Shown: positions 49,062 to 60,256, numbered from the stretch's first letter. The stretch is DNA of 64,000 nt from Alphaproteobacteria bacterium (GCA_965226475.1 CBDDDJ010000005.1:1741690-1805689); one strand, 5' to 3'. A program made the numbers and translations. The notes: a model not told the origin generated them from the letters alone.

Positions 49062-50024
49062 ATGCGGCGCACGCTGGTTATCGGCGCGGTCGGGCAGATC
49101 GGCACCGATCTGACGCCCGTACTGCGGGAGAAGCTTGGCGCCGACACTGTCGTCGCCGCCGGACGGAAGACGCCGCCTTCGCCGGAACTCGAAGCGGCCG
49201 GGCCCTTCACCTTCCTCGACGCCACCGACCGCGACGCCCTGCGCGCCGTAGTCGAGGAATACGATATTGGCACGATCTGTCATCTGGCGGCGTTGATGTC
49301 AGGCGATGGGGAGCAAAACCCGAACCTCGCCTGGCGGGTCAACATGGAGAGCCTGAAGCACATCCTCGATCTGGCGGTGGAGTTCGCGTTTGAGCAGGTC
49401 TTCTGGCCCTCCTCCATCGCCGTCTTCGGGCCGACGACGCCCCGCGAAATGACGCCGCAGCGCACCGTGCTGGAGCCGACGACGATCTACGGCGTCAGCA
49501 AGCTCGCGGGCGAGCACCTCTGTCACTATTACCACCTGAAATACGGCCTCGACGTGCGTAGCCTGCGCTATCCGGGCTTGATCACCTACAAGACCTATTC
49601 GGGTGGCGGCACCACCGATTACGCGGTGGAGATCTTCATCGAGGCGATCCGGGCCGCCCGCTACACCTGTTTCGTCACGCCCGAAACACGCCTGCCGATG
49701 ATGTACATGGACGACGCGGTCCGCGCCACCGTCGAGTTGATGGACGCGGACGCAACGCGGATCTCGGTCCGCACCAGCTACAACATCACGGCCTTGAGTT
49801 TCACCGCCGCCGAGCTGGCGGCCGAAGTCGCGGCACGGGTCGAAGGCTTCGCTTGCGATTTCGCGCCCGACTTCCGCCAGGCCATCGCCGATTCCTGGCC
49901 CGACAGCATCGACGATTCCGCCGCCCGCGACGACTGGGGCTGGCGCCCGGACGTCGATTTGGCCACCCTCGCCGATACCATGCTGGACGGCTTGCGCGCC
50001 CGCGCGGCAAACCTGGGAGAGTGA
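49062..50024 (+). CDS. tdh: NAD-dependent L-threonine 3-dehydrogenase of the SDR/UDP-glucose-4-epimerase-like type
   Basis: It has LVIGAVGQIG (GxxGxxG), YGVSKLAGE (YxxxK) and the RYPGLITYKTYSGGGTTDYAVE block characteristic of the epimerase-fold threonine dehydrogenases. Confidence 0.6.
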   Translation: MRRTLVIGAVGQIGTDLTPVLREKLGADTVVAAGRKTPPSPELEAAGPFTFLDATDRDALRAVVEEYDIGTICHLAALMSGDGEQNPNLAWRVNMESLKHILDLAVEFAFEQVFWPSSIAVFGPTTPREMTPQRTVLEPTTIYGVSKLAGEHLCHYYHLKYGLDVRSLRYPGLITYKTYSGGGTTDYAVEIFIEAIRAARYTCFVTPETRLPMMYMDDAVRATVELMDADATRISVRTSYNITALSFTAAELAAEVAARVEGFACDFAPDFRQAIADSWPDSIDDSAARDDWGWRPDVDLATLADTMLDGLRARAANLGE

Positions 50025-50028
50025 CGCC

Positions 50029-50317
50029 ATGCGATTTCCGACGATTCTTCTCGCCGTCGCCTCCCTCATGCTGGCGGCCAGTTTCGCGCCCCCGGCTTCG
50101 GCCGCCGACCGACAGACCGCGCCCAGCGCGGAGCGCATCGAAATGCTGCTGCGCGATTGGCTGGCCGACGAGAAGGGCGCCGGGGCGATGCTGAGCGCCT
50201 ACGCGGACGCGGAGCTACTGGACTTCCGGCTTGTCGGACTGGAGCCCTTGGCGTCCGGCCGCTGGTTCGCCGATACGGAATTGTCGTTCGATTTCGGCCC
50301 GCCGCCGAGCGGTGTCA
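50029..50317 (+). pseudogene. Small secreted protein gene, 3' end truncated by the IS21 insertion
   Basis: It has a signal peptide MRFPTILLAVASLMLAASFAPPASA and then about 70 aa. The frame runs into the IS21 terminal repeat at about 50318, and everything downstream in ORF 50029..51345 is antisense to istB. Confidence 0.4.
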
Positions 50318-50502
50318 ATGGCGGAGCAAAAAGGGACCACCGTGGCGGTGTAAGAAGGGACCACTTGGCGGCTGCGGGCTTGTCCCCTAGTCCATGGGAG
50401 GGCCCCGGGTGCGACGCGGCGTGCCCTCAACAGGCCGACGCGGCGGCGCGCGCGGGAGGGACCTGTGGGCCCACGGGGTCAAGCGTGGGTTGGGTGGTCG
50501 GT

Positions 50503-51267
50503 TCAGTTCGCCGTCGGGGTTTGACGCCTGCGGCTCTGGTTGAGCCTGTAGCTCTCGCCATTCATCTCGAGGATGTTGACGTGGTGGGTGAGGCGGTCGA
50601 GGAGAGCGCCGGTGAGGCGCTCGGAGCCGAACACCTCGGTCCATTCGTCGAAGGGCAGATTGGTGGTGACCAGGGTCGAGCCCCGCTCGTAGCGTTGGCT
50701 GAACACCTCGAACAACAGCTCGGCGCCGGTCTTCGACAGCGGCACGAAGCCGAGTTCGTCGACGATCAGAAGCTTGTAGGTGGCGAGCTTCTTCTGGAAC
50801 CTCAGCAGCTGCTTGTCATCGCGGGCCTCGATGAGCTCGTGGACCAGTGCGGCGGCGGTGATGAAGCCGACCGAGAGGCCCTTCTGGCAGGCCGCCAAGC
50901 CGAGACCGAGGGCGATGTGGGTCTTGCCGGTGCCGCTGTTGCCGAGCGCGATGAGGTTCTCGCGGCGCTCGATGTACTCGCAGCGGGCCAGCTCCAGGAC
51001 CAGCGCCTTGTTGAGCGAGGGGATGACCTTGAAGTCGAAGCTGTCGAGGCTCTTGACCACGGGGAAGCGCGCCGCCTTGATGCGCCGCTCGACCATGCGG
51101 CGCTCGCGGTCGATCAGCTCGAGCTCGGCGAGTCTCAACAGGTAGCGGACGTGATCGACGCCTTCCGAGGCGCACTGCCGGGCGATCTTGTCGTACTCGC
51201 GCAGGAAGGTCGGCAGCTTCAGCGTCTTGAGGTGGTGGGCGAGCAGCACTTGCGGTGTGTCGGTCAT
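50503..51267 (-). CDS. istB: IS21 helper ATPase IstB
   Basis: It has a Walker A GNSGTGKTH, a Walker B LLIVDELG and DnaC-like AAA+ features. Confidence 0.85.
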   Translation of the reverse strand: MTDTPQVLLAHHLKTLKLPTFLREYDKIARQCASEGVDHVRYLLRLAELELIDRERRMVERRIKAARFPVVKSLDSFDFKVIPSLNKALVLELARCEYIERRENLIALGNSGTGKTHIALGLGLAACQKGLSVGFITAAALVHELIEARDDKQLLRFQKKLATYKLLIVDELGFVPLSKTGAELLFEVFSQRYERGSTLVTTNLPFDEWTEVFGSERLTGALLDRLTHHVNILEMNGESYRLNQSRRRQTPTAN

Positions 51268-52763
51268 GCGCCGAGCCCCGACAGCAGGCTCATGTACGAC
51301 TTGGCGGACGTCATCGCGACCCGGGCGCGCGGCAGATACGGATAGACGTCGAGGTTGAGCCTGGGCGGCCGCCGCTCGATGCGGCACAGTACCAGGTGCT
51401 TCACCGCATCAAAGCCGATTGCGCCGAGCCGCAGGGCGTCGCCGACCGCACCCTCGACCTCCTCGAGCCGGAAGGTCTCCAGTAGACGGAGCACCTGGAC
51501 GTACTCGCGCTTGCCTGCCTTGCCCATACGAGCTTCGAGGAGCCGCCGCAGAGTGATGAAGGCCTCGGGCAGGTCCCAGCCCGCCAATGGCGCGGCCTGG
51601 TCGAGGGCGCCGATCTTCTGCTCGATCAAGGGCAGGTAATGCAGCGGGTCGAAGATCAGGTCCTCGCTGTCGTAGGACCGGCGGTGCCGGGCGATCACCT
51701 CGGCCCCGCAGCTGATCACCACCTCATCGACGTAGCCCCGGATGAGCACCTCACGGTGGCCGTAGGCCACGGGCACGGAATAGTCGTTGCTGCGGTAACG
51801 CACCAGCGACAGCGAACTCGCCCGTCCAGGGCGCTTATCGCAGGCATCATAGGGAGCAGGCGGCAATGGCAAGAGAACTTGACGATCCCGCTCGAGACGC
51901 TCGCCGATGGTCTCCTTGTGGCCCCGCAGCCGCGCCGCCTGGCGCCGGCGGCACTGTTCGGCGAGAGCATCGTTGAGGGCCGCGAAGCTCTCGGCACGCG
52001 GGACGGGGACCAGGAAGTTCCGCCGGATGAAGCCGACCAGTCCCTCGACCTTGCCCTTGTCGTTGCCCTTGCCCGGCCGGCCGAACCTGTCCTCGAACAG
52101 ATAGTGGGACTGAAGCTCCGTGAAGACGCGCGTTCGCTGCCGCTTCCCATCGCCCAGGATCCGGGCAACCGCCAGCTTGGTGTTGTCGTACAGGATGGAT
52201 CGGGGGACGCCGCCGAAGAAGGCAAACGCCGCGTTGTGGCCATCGCAGAATGCTTCGGTCGTCTCCGCCGGATAGGCCGCAACAAAGCAACCATCACTGT
52301 GGGGAAGGTCGAAGGCAAGGAAGTGGATCTTCCGTAACGCGCCGCCGATCACCGCCATCGCTTCGCCGAAGTCCGCCTGGGCGTGACCGGGGGAATGGGA
52401 GAGTGGCACGAACACCTCACGCGACCGAAGCCCCTGCTCACGAACGTAGTCCTTCACGATGGTGTAGCCGCCCGTGAAACCGTACTCGTCCCGGAGGCGG
52501 TCGAAGATGCGCTTCGCAGTGTGCCGTTGCTTGTGGTGGCTGGTCCGATCGTCTTCCAGAATCCGATCGATGATCCCCGTGAACGGACCCAGCTTCGGCC
52601 GCCGTGGCGGCTTGCCGCGGCGATACCCCGGCGGCACCGAGAACGACAGCATCTTGCGTACCGTCTTGCGGTCCAGCCCGAACACCCGCGAGGCCTCGCG
52701 GGTGCTCATTCCCTCGACACGACACGCCCGCCGAACCCGTGCGTACAACTCCACCCGATACAT
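51264..52763 (-). CDS. istA: IS21 transposase IstA
   Basis: It has an N-terminal HTH and an integrase-type DDE core (500 aa from MYRVELYARV). Confidence 0.85.
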   Translation of the reverse strand: MYRVELYARVRRACRVEGMSTREASRVFGLDRKTVRKMLSFSVPPGYRRGKPPRRPKLGPFTGIIDRILEDDRTSHHKQRHTAKRIFDRLRDEYGFTGGYTIVKDYVREQGLRSREVFVPLSHSPGHAQADFGEAMAVIGGALRKIHFLAFDLPHSDGCFVAAYPAETTEAFCDGHNAAFAFFGGVPRSILYDNTKLAVARILGDGKRQRTRVFTELQSHYLFEDRFGRPGKGNDKGKVEGLVGFIRRNFLVPVPRAESFAALNDALAEQCRRRQAARLRGHKETIGERLERDRQVLLPLPPAPYDACDKRPGRASSLSLVRYRSNDYSVPVAYGHREVLIRGYVDEVVISCGAEVIARHRRSYDSEDLIFDPLHYLPLIEQKIGALDQAAPLAGWDLPEAFITLRRLLEARMGKAGKREYVQVLRLLETFRLEEVEGAVGDALRLGAIGFDAVKHLVLCRIERRPPRLNLDVYPYLPRARVAMTSAKSYMSLLSGLGA

Positions 52764-53040
52764 CCCCCCCGCCTTCCAGTCAGAGCAACCCTGACAGAAG
52801 GCTATACGCGGTCCCATTTTGGTCCGCCGCAGCCGGATCGACCGGCCGCTTCAGTGGGGGATTATTGCGCCGCCGTTCTCAGAGCGGCGTCATCGGATAC
52901 CAGCGCCGCCGCCAGGGGCGCTATCAATTGATGCTCGACAGGCGAGAACGCGGGCTCGGGCTGATCCGCTTCACCCCTCGCGGCAGCGTGCTGTATTTGC
53001 CCCGGGATAGTTGATCCGAATTCCGGGCCAAGGGCCCGGC

Positions 53041-54196
53041 TCAATAGGATTTCGGCAACCCGAGAACGCGCTCAGCCAGGTAGCAGAGAATCAGCTGCGG
53101 GCTGATCGGCGCTAGGCGGTGGATCAGCACCTCGCGGAAATAGCGCTCGACGTGGAATTCCTTGGCGTAGCCCATGCCGCCATGGGTCAGGATCGCGGTC
53201 GAGCAGGCCTTGAAGGCGGCCTCGCCCGCGAGATACTTGGCCGCGTTGGCCTCCGCGCCGCAAGGCCTCCCCGAGTCGTAGAGCGCGGCGGCCTTGAAGG
53301 CCATCAGGTCGGCCGCCTCCAGCTCGGCCCAGCATTCGGCCAAGGGATGCTGGATCGCCTGGTTCATGCCGATCGGCCGGTCGAAGACGATCCGCTCCCG
53401 CGCGTAATCCGTGGCCCGTTTCAGCGCCACCCGGCCCAGGCCCACCATGCCGGCGGCGATCAGAATGCGCTCGGGGTTGAGGCCGTCCAGCAGATAGCGG
53501 AAGCCCTTGCCCTCCTCGCCGATGCGGTGCTGGAGCGGGATCGGCAGGCCGTCGATGAAGAGCTGGTTCGAATCGACGCACTTCCGCCCCATCTTCTCGA
53601 TCTCTCGGATCTCGACATAGTCGCGGTCGAGGTCGGTGTAGAAGAGGGTCAGGCCGTCCATCGGCCGTTCGGTCTCGTCTTCCGGGATCGTGCGCACGAT
53701 GATGAGCATCTTGTTGGCGACCTGGGCGGCGGAGGTCCAGATCTTGTGGCCGTTGACGATATAACGGTCGCCGTCTAGAACCGCGCGCGACTTCAGCCGC
53801 GTGGTGTCGAGGCCGGTGTTCGGTTCCGTGACGGAGAAACAGGCGCGGTCCTCGCGGGCAATGATCGGCGGCAGCCAGCCGCGTTTCTGTTCCTCGCTGC
53901 CATAAACGACGACGGGATTGAGGCCGAAGCTACCGAGCGCCACCGACGAGACGCCGCCGTTGGCCGCCCCCAATTCCGAGATTGCCTGCATCATGATCGC
54001 CGCCTCGGTGATACCGAGCCCGCTGCCGCCGTATTCCTCCGGCAGGCGATACCCATCCAGCCCCCATCGGCGATCGCTTGGCAAAAGTCCTCCGGGAAGC
54101 GCCCGTCCGTGTCACGCGCCAGCCAATATTCGTCGCCGAAGCGGGCGCAGAGGTCGAGCACGTCCTCGCGGATCTGCTTCTGTTCGATGCTCCAGG
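53041..54196 (-). pseudogene. Acyl-CoA dehydrogenase with an apparent frameshift at a C5 run (54061..54065)
   Basis: The N-terminal 45 aa (MEFSWSIEQKQIREDVLDLCARFGDEYWLARDTDGRFPEDFCQAIADGGWMG) are in one frame, and the remainder (YRLPEEYGGSGLG... through the ACAD middle and C-terminal domains) is in another. Confidence 0.65.
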
Positions 54197-54376
54197 AGAA
54201 CTCCATGCCGGCCTCGTTGAGCTTCCGATTCTTGGGCCAAGTGTAGGCTTGGTATCGCCGTCGACCAAACGCGCCCAACTCGCCGCTCGGCCGCCTGTCG
54301 GTTCCAGCTTCGCGGAGTTCGACCTCTTCGCCGACCGCCCGCGACTTCGCGCCCGGCAGGCCGCCAAGGACATGAC

Positions 54377-55232
54377 TCAGGTGGTAGGGGTGGCCGGGGC
54401 GACCATGGCCCGAAGCATGACGCGGCGCTCGTCGGCGACGAAATCGCCAGCGTTGCGATGCATGGTGGCGTGCTCGTCCCATAGCACCAGGTCGCCAGGC
54501 CGCCAGCGGTGGTAATAGACGTTCGCGTCCTCGGTCGCGTATCCCAGCAACTCGGTCAAAAGCGTCCTGCCCTCGTCGTGACGAAGGCCGACGAAGCCGG
54601 CGGTGTGGATCATGCAGAATTCCAACAACATCCGGCCGGTTTTCGGGTGACGCATCAACAGCGGCTTGCGTTCCGGCCGGTAGACGGCCCAGTGCTCCGG
54701 CGTCATGGCATCGAAATAGTCGCGGCCCTCGGGCCCGAGACCAAAGTGGTTGACCGTCTCCAATCCCTCGATCCGCCCACGCACGTCCGGCGGCAGGGTG
54801 TCGGCCGCACGGTACATGTCCGCGAACATCGTGCCGCCGCCCGTCGCCGGCACCTCGAGCGCGTGCAGCATGGCGCATATCGGCGGGCTGGCGGCGAAAC
54901 TGCCGTCGTAGTGCCAGGCCGAGGCCCGCCGGACGCCGAAGCGGTCGACGCCGCCATCCGCTTCGACATTGGTGAGGTAGGAGATCTCGGGTGCATCGGG
55001 GTGGCGGTACTTCTCGATCACGCCCGGAACGATATCGCCAAAGCGCCGGGCGAAATGGGCGAGGCTCGCCGCATCCAAGCCCTGCTCCCGGAAGACAAGA
55101 ACGGGATGGCGCGCGAATGCGGCCTCGATCGCCTCGAAGCACTCGGGTGCCAGCGCGGACCCGAGGTCGATCCCCCGTATCTCGCACGCCATCGGATGGT
55201 CGAGAGGCAGCCTTTCGAATTCCACTTTCGCC
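54377..55232 (-). CDS. TauD/TfdA-family alpha-ketoglutarate-dependent dioxygenase
   Basis: A 285-aa protein with the WHYDGSF (HxD) and HATMHRN motifs. Confidence 0.75.
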
Positions 55233-55685
55233 ATAACCGCCTCCCTCATACGAATGCATCCGGTGATGGCCACGGGCGGCGAGCATTTTGGACGATCTTC
55301 CGGATGCATGCCCCGTTCCGAACCGCCGCTCCGCCGCGTCACGGAAACGACGACGCCCGGTGAACGGCCGGTCCGGATCGAGCCCGTGACGCCAAGCCAC
55401 CGCCGAAACACCCGAGGCTCGTCACAGATCAATTGAATCGCATTGTCACGGCGTGATGGCAAGGCGCGCGCGGCGCGACGGCTAAATTGGATACCAGGGC
55501 GAGCCTGGACCCCTGTTCACGTTGCGCGGACCGCGCCAATTCAGAGCCATGCATCGAGGCTGGTATCTTGAGAGAAATTTGCAAATTCCGTAGCCGAACC
55601 ACCCCAGGGCGCCATCGGCGGATAGTTCGGATCAAACCCGATCCGCGCCATCCCCACGTCGTCCGCCGCAACCTCGGCGGGGGAA

Positions 55686-57368
55686 ATTTACTCGGATGGG
55701 AATTCGACCCTGACGGTCGTTCCGACGCCGAGATCGCTCTCGACGTGAATTTTCCCGCCGTGGAGCGCCACCAACGCGGCCGCCACCGGCAACCCCAAAC
55801 CGGTACCGGTTTCCGATGCCGTCTGTGAATTGGTGACTTGATAAAAGGGCTCCATTAATATGTGGTAGATATTCTTTTGAAATCCCCATGCCTGTATCGG
55901 AGACCGTCAGGCAAATCGTCCCTGAGGTGTCGCGGGTTGTTTCGACGGTCACCGTCCCGTTATCGGATGAAAACTTGATGGCATTGGAGAGCAATTGGAG
56001 GACCACTTGTTTCAATGCTCGCTCGTCGGCATGGATGGTATGAATAGCTCTATCGTGTTTTAAATTGACAGACACATTTTTCTTGGCCGCCTGAGGCGTG
56101 ATAATTCTACCCGCCGATTCGATTACGTCGCGTAACGAAACTTCGCCGAGGCGAAGCTCGAGTTTCCCGGCCTCTATCTTTGATAATTCAAGGATGTCAC
56201 CGATGATGTCGAGGAGGAAACGGGCGCTGTCGTGGATATCGGTAGCGTATTCGACGTAACGCCTGTTGTCGATCAGTCCAAATACTTCGTCCCGCGTCAA
56301 TTCGGAGAATCCGATGATTGCATTCAACGGTGTCCTGAGTGCGTGGCTCATGTTTGCCAAAAACTCGGTCTTGGCGCGGTCGGCGGACTGGGCCTCCCGC
56401 ATCGCATGCCACAATTTCATTTGACCAATGCGCAAGCGATAGAGAACGTTCCAGCCCAAAAGCCCGATACATAGAATGATGGCGAGCAGGCGCGGCAGGA
56501 TGACGGAATGCACGTGGCGGCTGGGAAGTTCGAGGTGCCACGTCAAGGTGGCGAGACGACGGCCGTTCACCCCGATCAGTGGCGATTCCAGTTCCCCGGA
56601 ATTTACATCGCCGGAAACAAGACCGAGACCCTTGAGCCCGAAGTCGTTCGCGATGGACTTCAAGAGTTCTTCGTCGATTGGCCGCATGAAGACGGCGAGG
56701 TAGGCGTTCTTCGGCGTAACGGCGGCCTTATTCGACAACTCCTCGGTATGGGGATGGATTATTCGAACCGCCGCAATATACGGTATCCCGCCCATTTCGA
56801 CCAGGCCGCCGACCGCCGGGAATTCACCCTTGATCATGTCACGCGCCTGTCGGACCAATTTATCGAAACCGCCCACGACATGGCTGTCGAAGTTCAAATC
56901 ATCCAGGCCCTCGTGAATCGTCGAATCGTGCATATCCCGGACCGTCCTGTCATCCGGCCCGATTACGAAGGAGGCGGTGATCCCGAACGTATCGCGGAGG
57001 TAGGCGCCGTTACCGTGATTTTCATCGTACCAGGCTGGATTGAATGTTTCGGCCAGGTTCTTGTAGGCATCATCCCAATAGGTATAGTCCGTCATCGTCT
57101 TTTTCAAATTTCTCAGCTGCGCGCCGAGCGCGGCGCCGGCGAGATCACGCGAGTGGTCGAGTGCGATTTCGTCCTGGCGCTTCGCCGACCAGAACAACAA
57201 GACCAGGGTCATCGTCAAGCTGAGCAGAAGCAAGGTGGCCAACGTCAATATCGTAGTCGACGGGCGATAAAGAGACGCGCCCTGCGCGAATTGTCGTAGA
57301 TGGTGTTTCAGCGTTCCGAGACTCGTCGATCCCGGCGCTATTTCTTGTGGTCCCATACCCACCCACAT
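55686..57368 (-). CDS. Sensor histidine kinase with a periplasmic CHASE-like sensor domain; apparent single-base indel near the 3' end (about 55856..55862); lower GC than its surroundings
   Basis: It has two TM helices flanking a periplasmic domain of about 230 aa, a HisKA H-box (NMSHALRTPLNAI) and an HATPase domain. The G1/G2 boxes continue in another frame (MEPFYQV...GTGLGLPVAAALVALHGGKIHVESDLGVGTTVRVEFP). Confidence 0.65.
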
Positions 57369-57540
57369 GCATTCATGTCGAATATTCGAAAAAGCCCGGA
57401 AACGTTAACGACCAATGCCCTTGCCCATCTGGAGAGCCAAACGCGTGGAACGACCGTCGCCCGGGGCCCGAGCCAACCGACCGCCGCCCGCATCGTCGAG
57501 CGCATGGGCAAGACCATCGCGGCGCACCGAGGCATGCGGG

Positions 57541-58911
57541 TTAGGCCAGTCCATGGGCCAGCTCCATCTCGCTCAACGCGCCGTCGACGATGGCGACGAT
57601 CCGCCCGACCTCGTCGGCCGTGATGCAAAGCGGCGGGCAGAGGTTGATAATCGTGCCAGCGCGGGTCGGCAGGCCCAGGTCGCGGAGGCTGGTGGCCAGC
57701 GTCTTCAGTTCCGGGCCGTCGTCGGCGAACTTGGCCTTGCTCTCCCGGTCCTTCACGACCTCGACGCCGGCGATGAGGCCTAGGCCGCGCACGTCGCCGA
57801 TGGTGGGGTGCTTGGTGCGCAAGCCCTCCAGCCCCTCCAGCAGCAGCGCGCCCATCGTGGCGGCGTTCTCCACCAGCCCCTCGCGCTCGATGATGTCGAG
57901 GTTGGCGAGCGCGGCGGCGGCCGCCACCGGATGGCCACCGAAGGTCAGGAGGTGGGAGAGGCTGTTTTCGTCGGCGAAGGCCTCCACCACATGGGGACGG
58001 CACATGACGCCGCCCATCGGCACATAGCCGCTGGTCAGCCCCTTGGCCATGGTCAGCATGTCGCCGACCACGCCGAAGTGCTCGCTGGCGAACATGCGCC
58101 CAGTGCGGCCGAAGCCGTTGATGACCTCGTCGGTGATCAGCAACACGCCATGGCTGTCGCAGATCTCGCGAAGGCGCGTCCAATAGCCCTCCGGCGGCAC
58201 GACGATCCCGTTCGACGCACTGATCGGCTCGGCGATGACGGCGGCGACGGTCTCCGGGTTCTCGTAGGCGATCATCTGGCCGATCTGGTCGGCGCAAAGT
58301 AGGTCGCAGGCGGGAAAACTCGCCCGGAAGTCGCAGCGATAGCAATAGGGGGGCGAGGCGTGCAGCACGCCCGGCATAAAGGGGCCGTGGTAGGGCTCGC
58401 TCGCCGGCCGGGTGCCGCTGATGCTCATCGCCGCATAGGTGCCGCCATGGTAGGAGCCGCGCCGGCCGATGACCTTCTGCCGCTTAGGCTTGCCCCGGTG
58501 GTAATGGTACTGGCGGGCGATCTTGATCGCGCTCTCCACCGCCTCGGAGCCGCCGGAGCAGAAGAAGACGGTGTTCTGGTCGCCGGGCGTGATTTGGGCC
58601 AGCAGTTCCGCCAGCTGGATCGCCGGAATCGTGGTCGCGGCGGTGGAGCTGGCGTAGGCGAGCGTCGCGGCCTGGCGGGCGATCGCCTCGCCGATCTCCG
58701 CCCGTCCGTGGCCGACGTTCACCAGCCAGAGCCCTGCGAGGCCGTCGATATAGCGCTTGCCATCGATGTCGGTGACCCAGATGCCGTCGCCCTCGACGAG
58801 GACCTTCTTGGCCTGATCGCTAGCGAGCGCGCCATGGGGCGAGGAATGCATGAAAAGATGTTCGGCGCCCGACGTCTTGAGCGCATCCTGGTTCGAGGCG
58901 GTGTCGTTCAT
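57541..58911 (-). CDS. Class-III (omega) aminotransferase
   Basis: It has the DEVINGFGRTG motif and the PLP-Lys MAKGLTSGY. Confidence 0.8.
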   Translation of the reverse strand: MNDTASNQDALKTSGAEHLFMHSSPHGALASDQAKKVLVEGDGIWVTDIDGKRYIDGLAGLWLVNVGHGRAEIGEAIARQAATLAYASSTAATTIPAIQLAELLAQITPGDQNTVFFCSGGSEAVESAIKIARQYHYHRGKPKRQKVIGRRGSYHGGTYAAMSISGTRPASEPYHGPFMPGVLHASPPYCYRCDFRASFPACDLLCADQIGQMIAYENPETVAAVIAEPISASNGIVVPPEGYWTRLREICDSHGVLLITDEVINGFGRTGRMFASEHFGVVGDMLTMAKGLTSGYVPMGGVMCRPHVVEAFADENSLSHLLTFGGHPVAAAAALANLDIIEREGLVENAATMGALLLEGLEGLRTKHPTIGDVRGLGLIAGVEVVKDRESKAKFADDGPELKTLATSLRDLGLPTRAGTIINLCPPLCITADEVGRIVAIVDGALSEMELAHGLA

Positions 58912-59044
58912 GGCCGAAAGCTCCGAAGCTGTTCCTCACGGAGCCTAATCCAATTCCCGGCGCGCCGCATCGCGCGGATTGATTCTCGGTCTCCGCTGGT
59001 CGAGTGTTACCTCCACGCAGCGGCAAAGCCGAAGGAGAACCCTC

Positions 59045-60256
59045 ATGTCCGGACCGTTGGAAGGTATTCGCGTCCTCGAACTCATCCGGGTCGGACCCGG
59101 CGCCTATTGCTCCATGATGCTGGGCGACATGGGGGCGGAGGTCCTGAAGATCGAGACCCCGCCGAGCGGCCAGCTCGCCGGCTCCGGCACCTCGCCCGGT
59201 CCCGAGCAGGCCAAGCGGCTCGCCACCAGCTACACCAACCGCAACAAGAAGAGCCTGACCTTGAACCTCAAGAGCGAGGAGGGGCAGGCGGTGCTGCACC
59301 GGCTGGTGAAGGACTACGACGTGTTGGTGGAGGGGTTTCGGCCGGGCGTCATGGCCCGCCTCGGCGGCGACTATGAGACCCTGTCGGCGATCAACCCGCG
59401 CCTCGTCTACTGTTCGCTCTCCGGCTTCGGCCAGGACGGGCCCTACAAGAGTTTCCCGGCACACGACCTGAATTATCTCTCGCTCGCCGGCGTCTTGAAT
59501 CTGCTGGGGGAGCCGGGCCGCAGGCCGGCGATCCCCCTGAACCTGGTGGCCGATTTCGCCGGCGCCTCGATGCACGGCGCGCTCGGCATTATGTTCGCCC
59601 TCTTCGCCCGCGAGCGGACCGGCAAGGGCCAGCATGTTGATGTCTCCTACCTCGATACCACGATCGCCCTGATGGCGGCGACGCCGAACGTGCAGGGCTA
59701 TCTCGCCGAGGGCGTGGTGCCCGAGCGCGGCAAGGGCGTCTTCGCCGGCAATCACGTCTATTACGGCTCCTACGAAACCAAGAACGGCAAGCTCGTCACT
59801 ATCGCCTGCACCGAGCCCCATCTCTGGGGCAACTTCTGCGACGCCGTCGGCAAGCCGCACCTGAAGGCTTGCGCGCAGAAGGGCGGCGAGTTCGCCGAGT
59901 TCGCCGGCCAGGCGCACGCGGAAGCGCGGGCCGAGCTGGAGCCGATGTTCCTCACCAAGACCCGCGAGGAGTGGTTCGAGATCTTGACCAAGGCCGACGT
60001 CTGCGTCGGCAAGGTCTACGACGTGCCCGAGGTGTTCGACGATCCCCACGTCAAGCATCGTGGCATGTCGCTGGAGCTGGAGCACCCCGTCGCCGGCAAG
60101 GTGACGCAGGCGGGCGTGCCGATCAAACTCTCGGCGACGCCGGGCGGCGTGCGCGGCTTCGCGCCCTCGATCGGCGCGGACACGGAGAATGTGCTGGCCG
60201 CGGTCGGCTACGGCGCCGAGGAGATCCAGGCGCTCCGACAAAGCAAGGTCGTCTAG
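59045..60256 (+). CDS. CoA-transferase family III (CaiB/BaiF) protein
   Basis: It has the GIRVLELIRVGPGAYCSMMLGDMGAEVLKIE N-terminus and a length of 403 aa. Confidence 0.8.
   Translation: MSGPLEGIRVLELIRVGPGAYCSMMLGDMGAEVLKIETPPSGQLAGSGTSPGPEQAKRLATSYTNRNKKSLTLNLKSEEGQAVLHRLVKDYDVLVEGFRPGVMARLGGDYETLSAINPRLVYCSLSGFGQDGPYKSFPAHDLNYLSLAGVLNLLGEPGRRPAIPLNLVADFAGASMHGALGIMFALFARERTGKGQHVDVSYLDTTIALMAATPNVQGYLAEGVVPERGKGVFAGNHVYYGSYETKNGKLVTIACTEPHLWGNFCDAVGKPHLKACAQKGGEFAEFAGQAHAEARAELEPMFLTKTREEWFEILTKADVCVGKVYDVPEVFDDPHVKHRGMSLELEHPVAGKVTQAGVPIKLSATPGGVRGFAPSIGADTENVLAAVGYGAEEIQALRQSKVV

Larger units (their letters stand above)
50318..52851 (-). mobile_element. IS21-family insertion sequence (istA-istB), about 2.5 kb
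   Basis: The termini TGGCGGAGCAAAAAGGGACC (low end) and TGCGGCGGACCAAAATGGGACC (reverse complement of high end) start with TG, with multiple GGGACCAC direct sub-repeats at the istB-proximal end. The two overlapping genes istA and istB are present. Confidence 0.75.
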
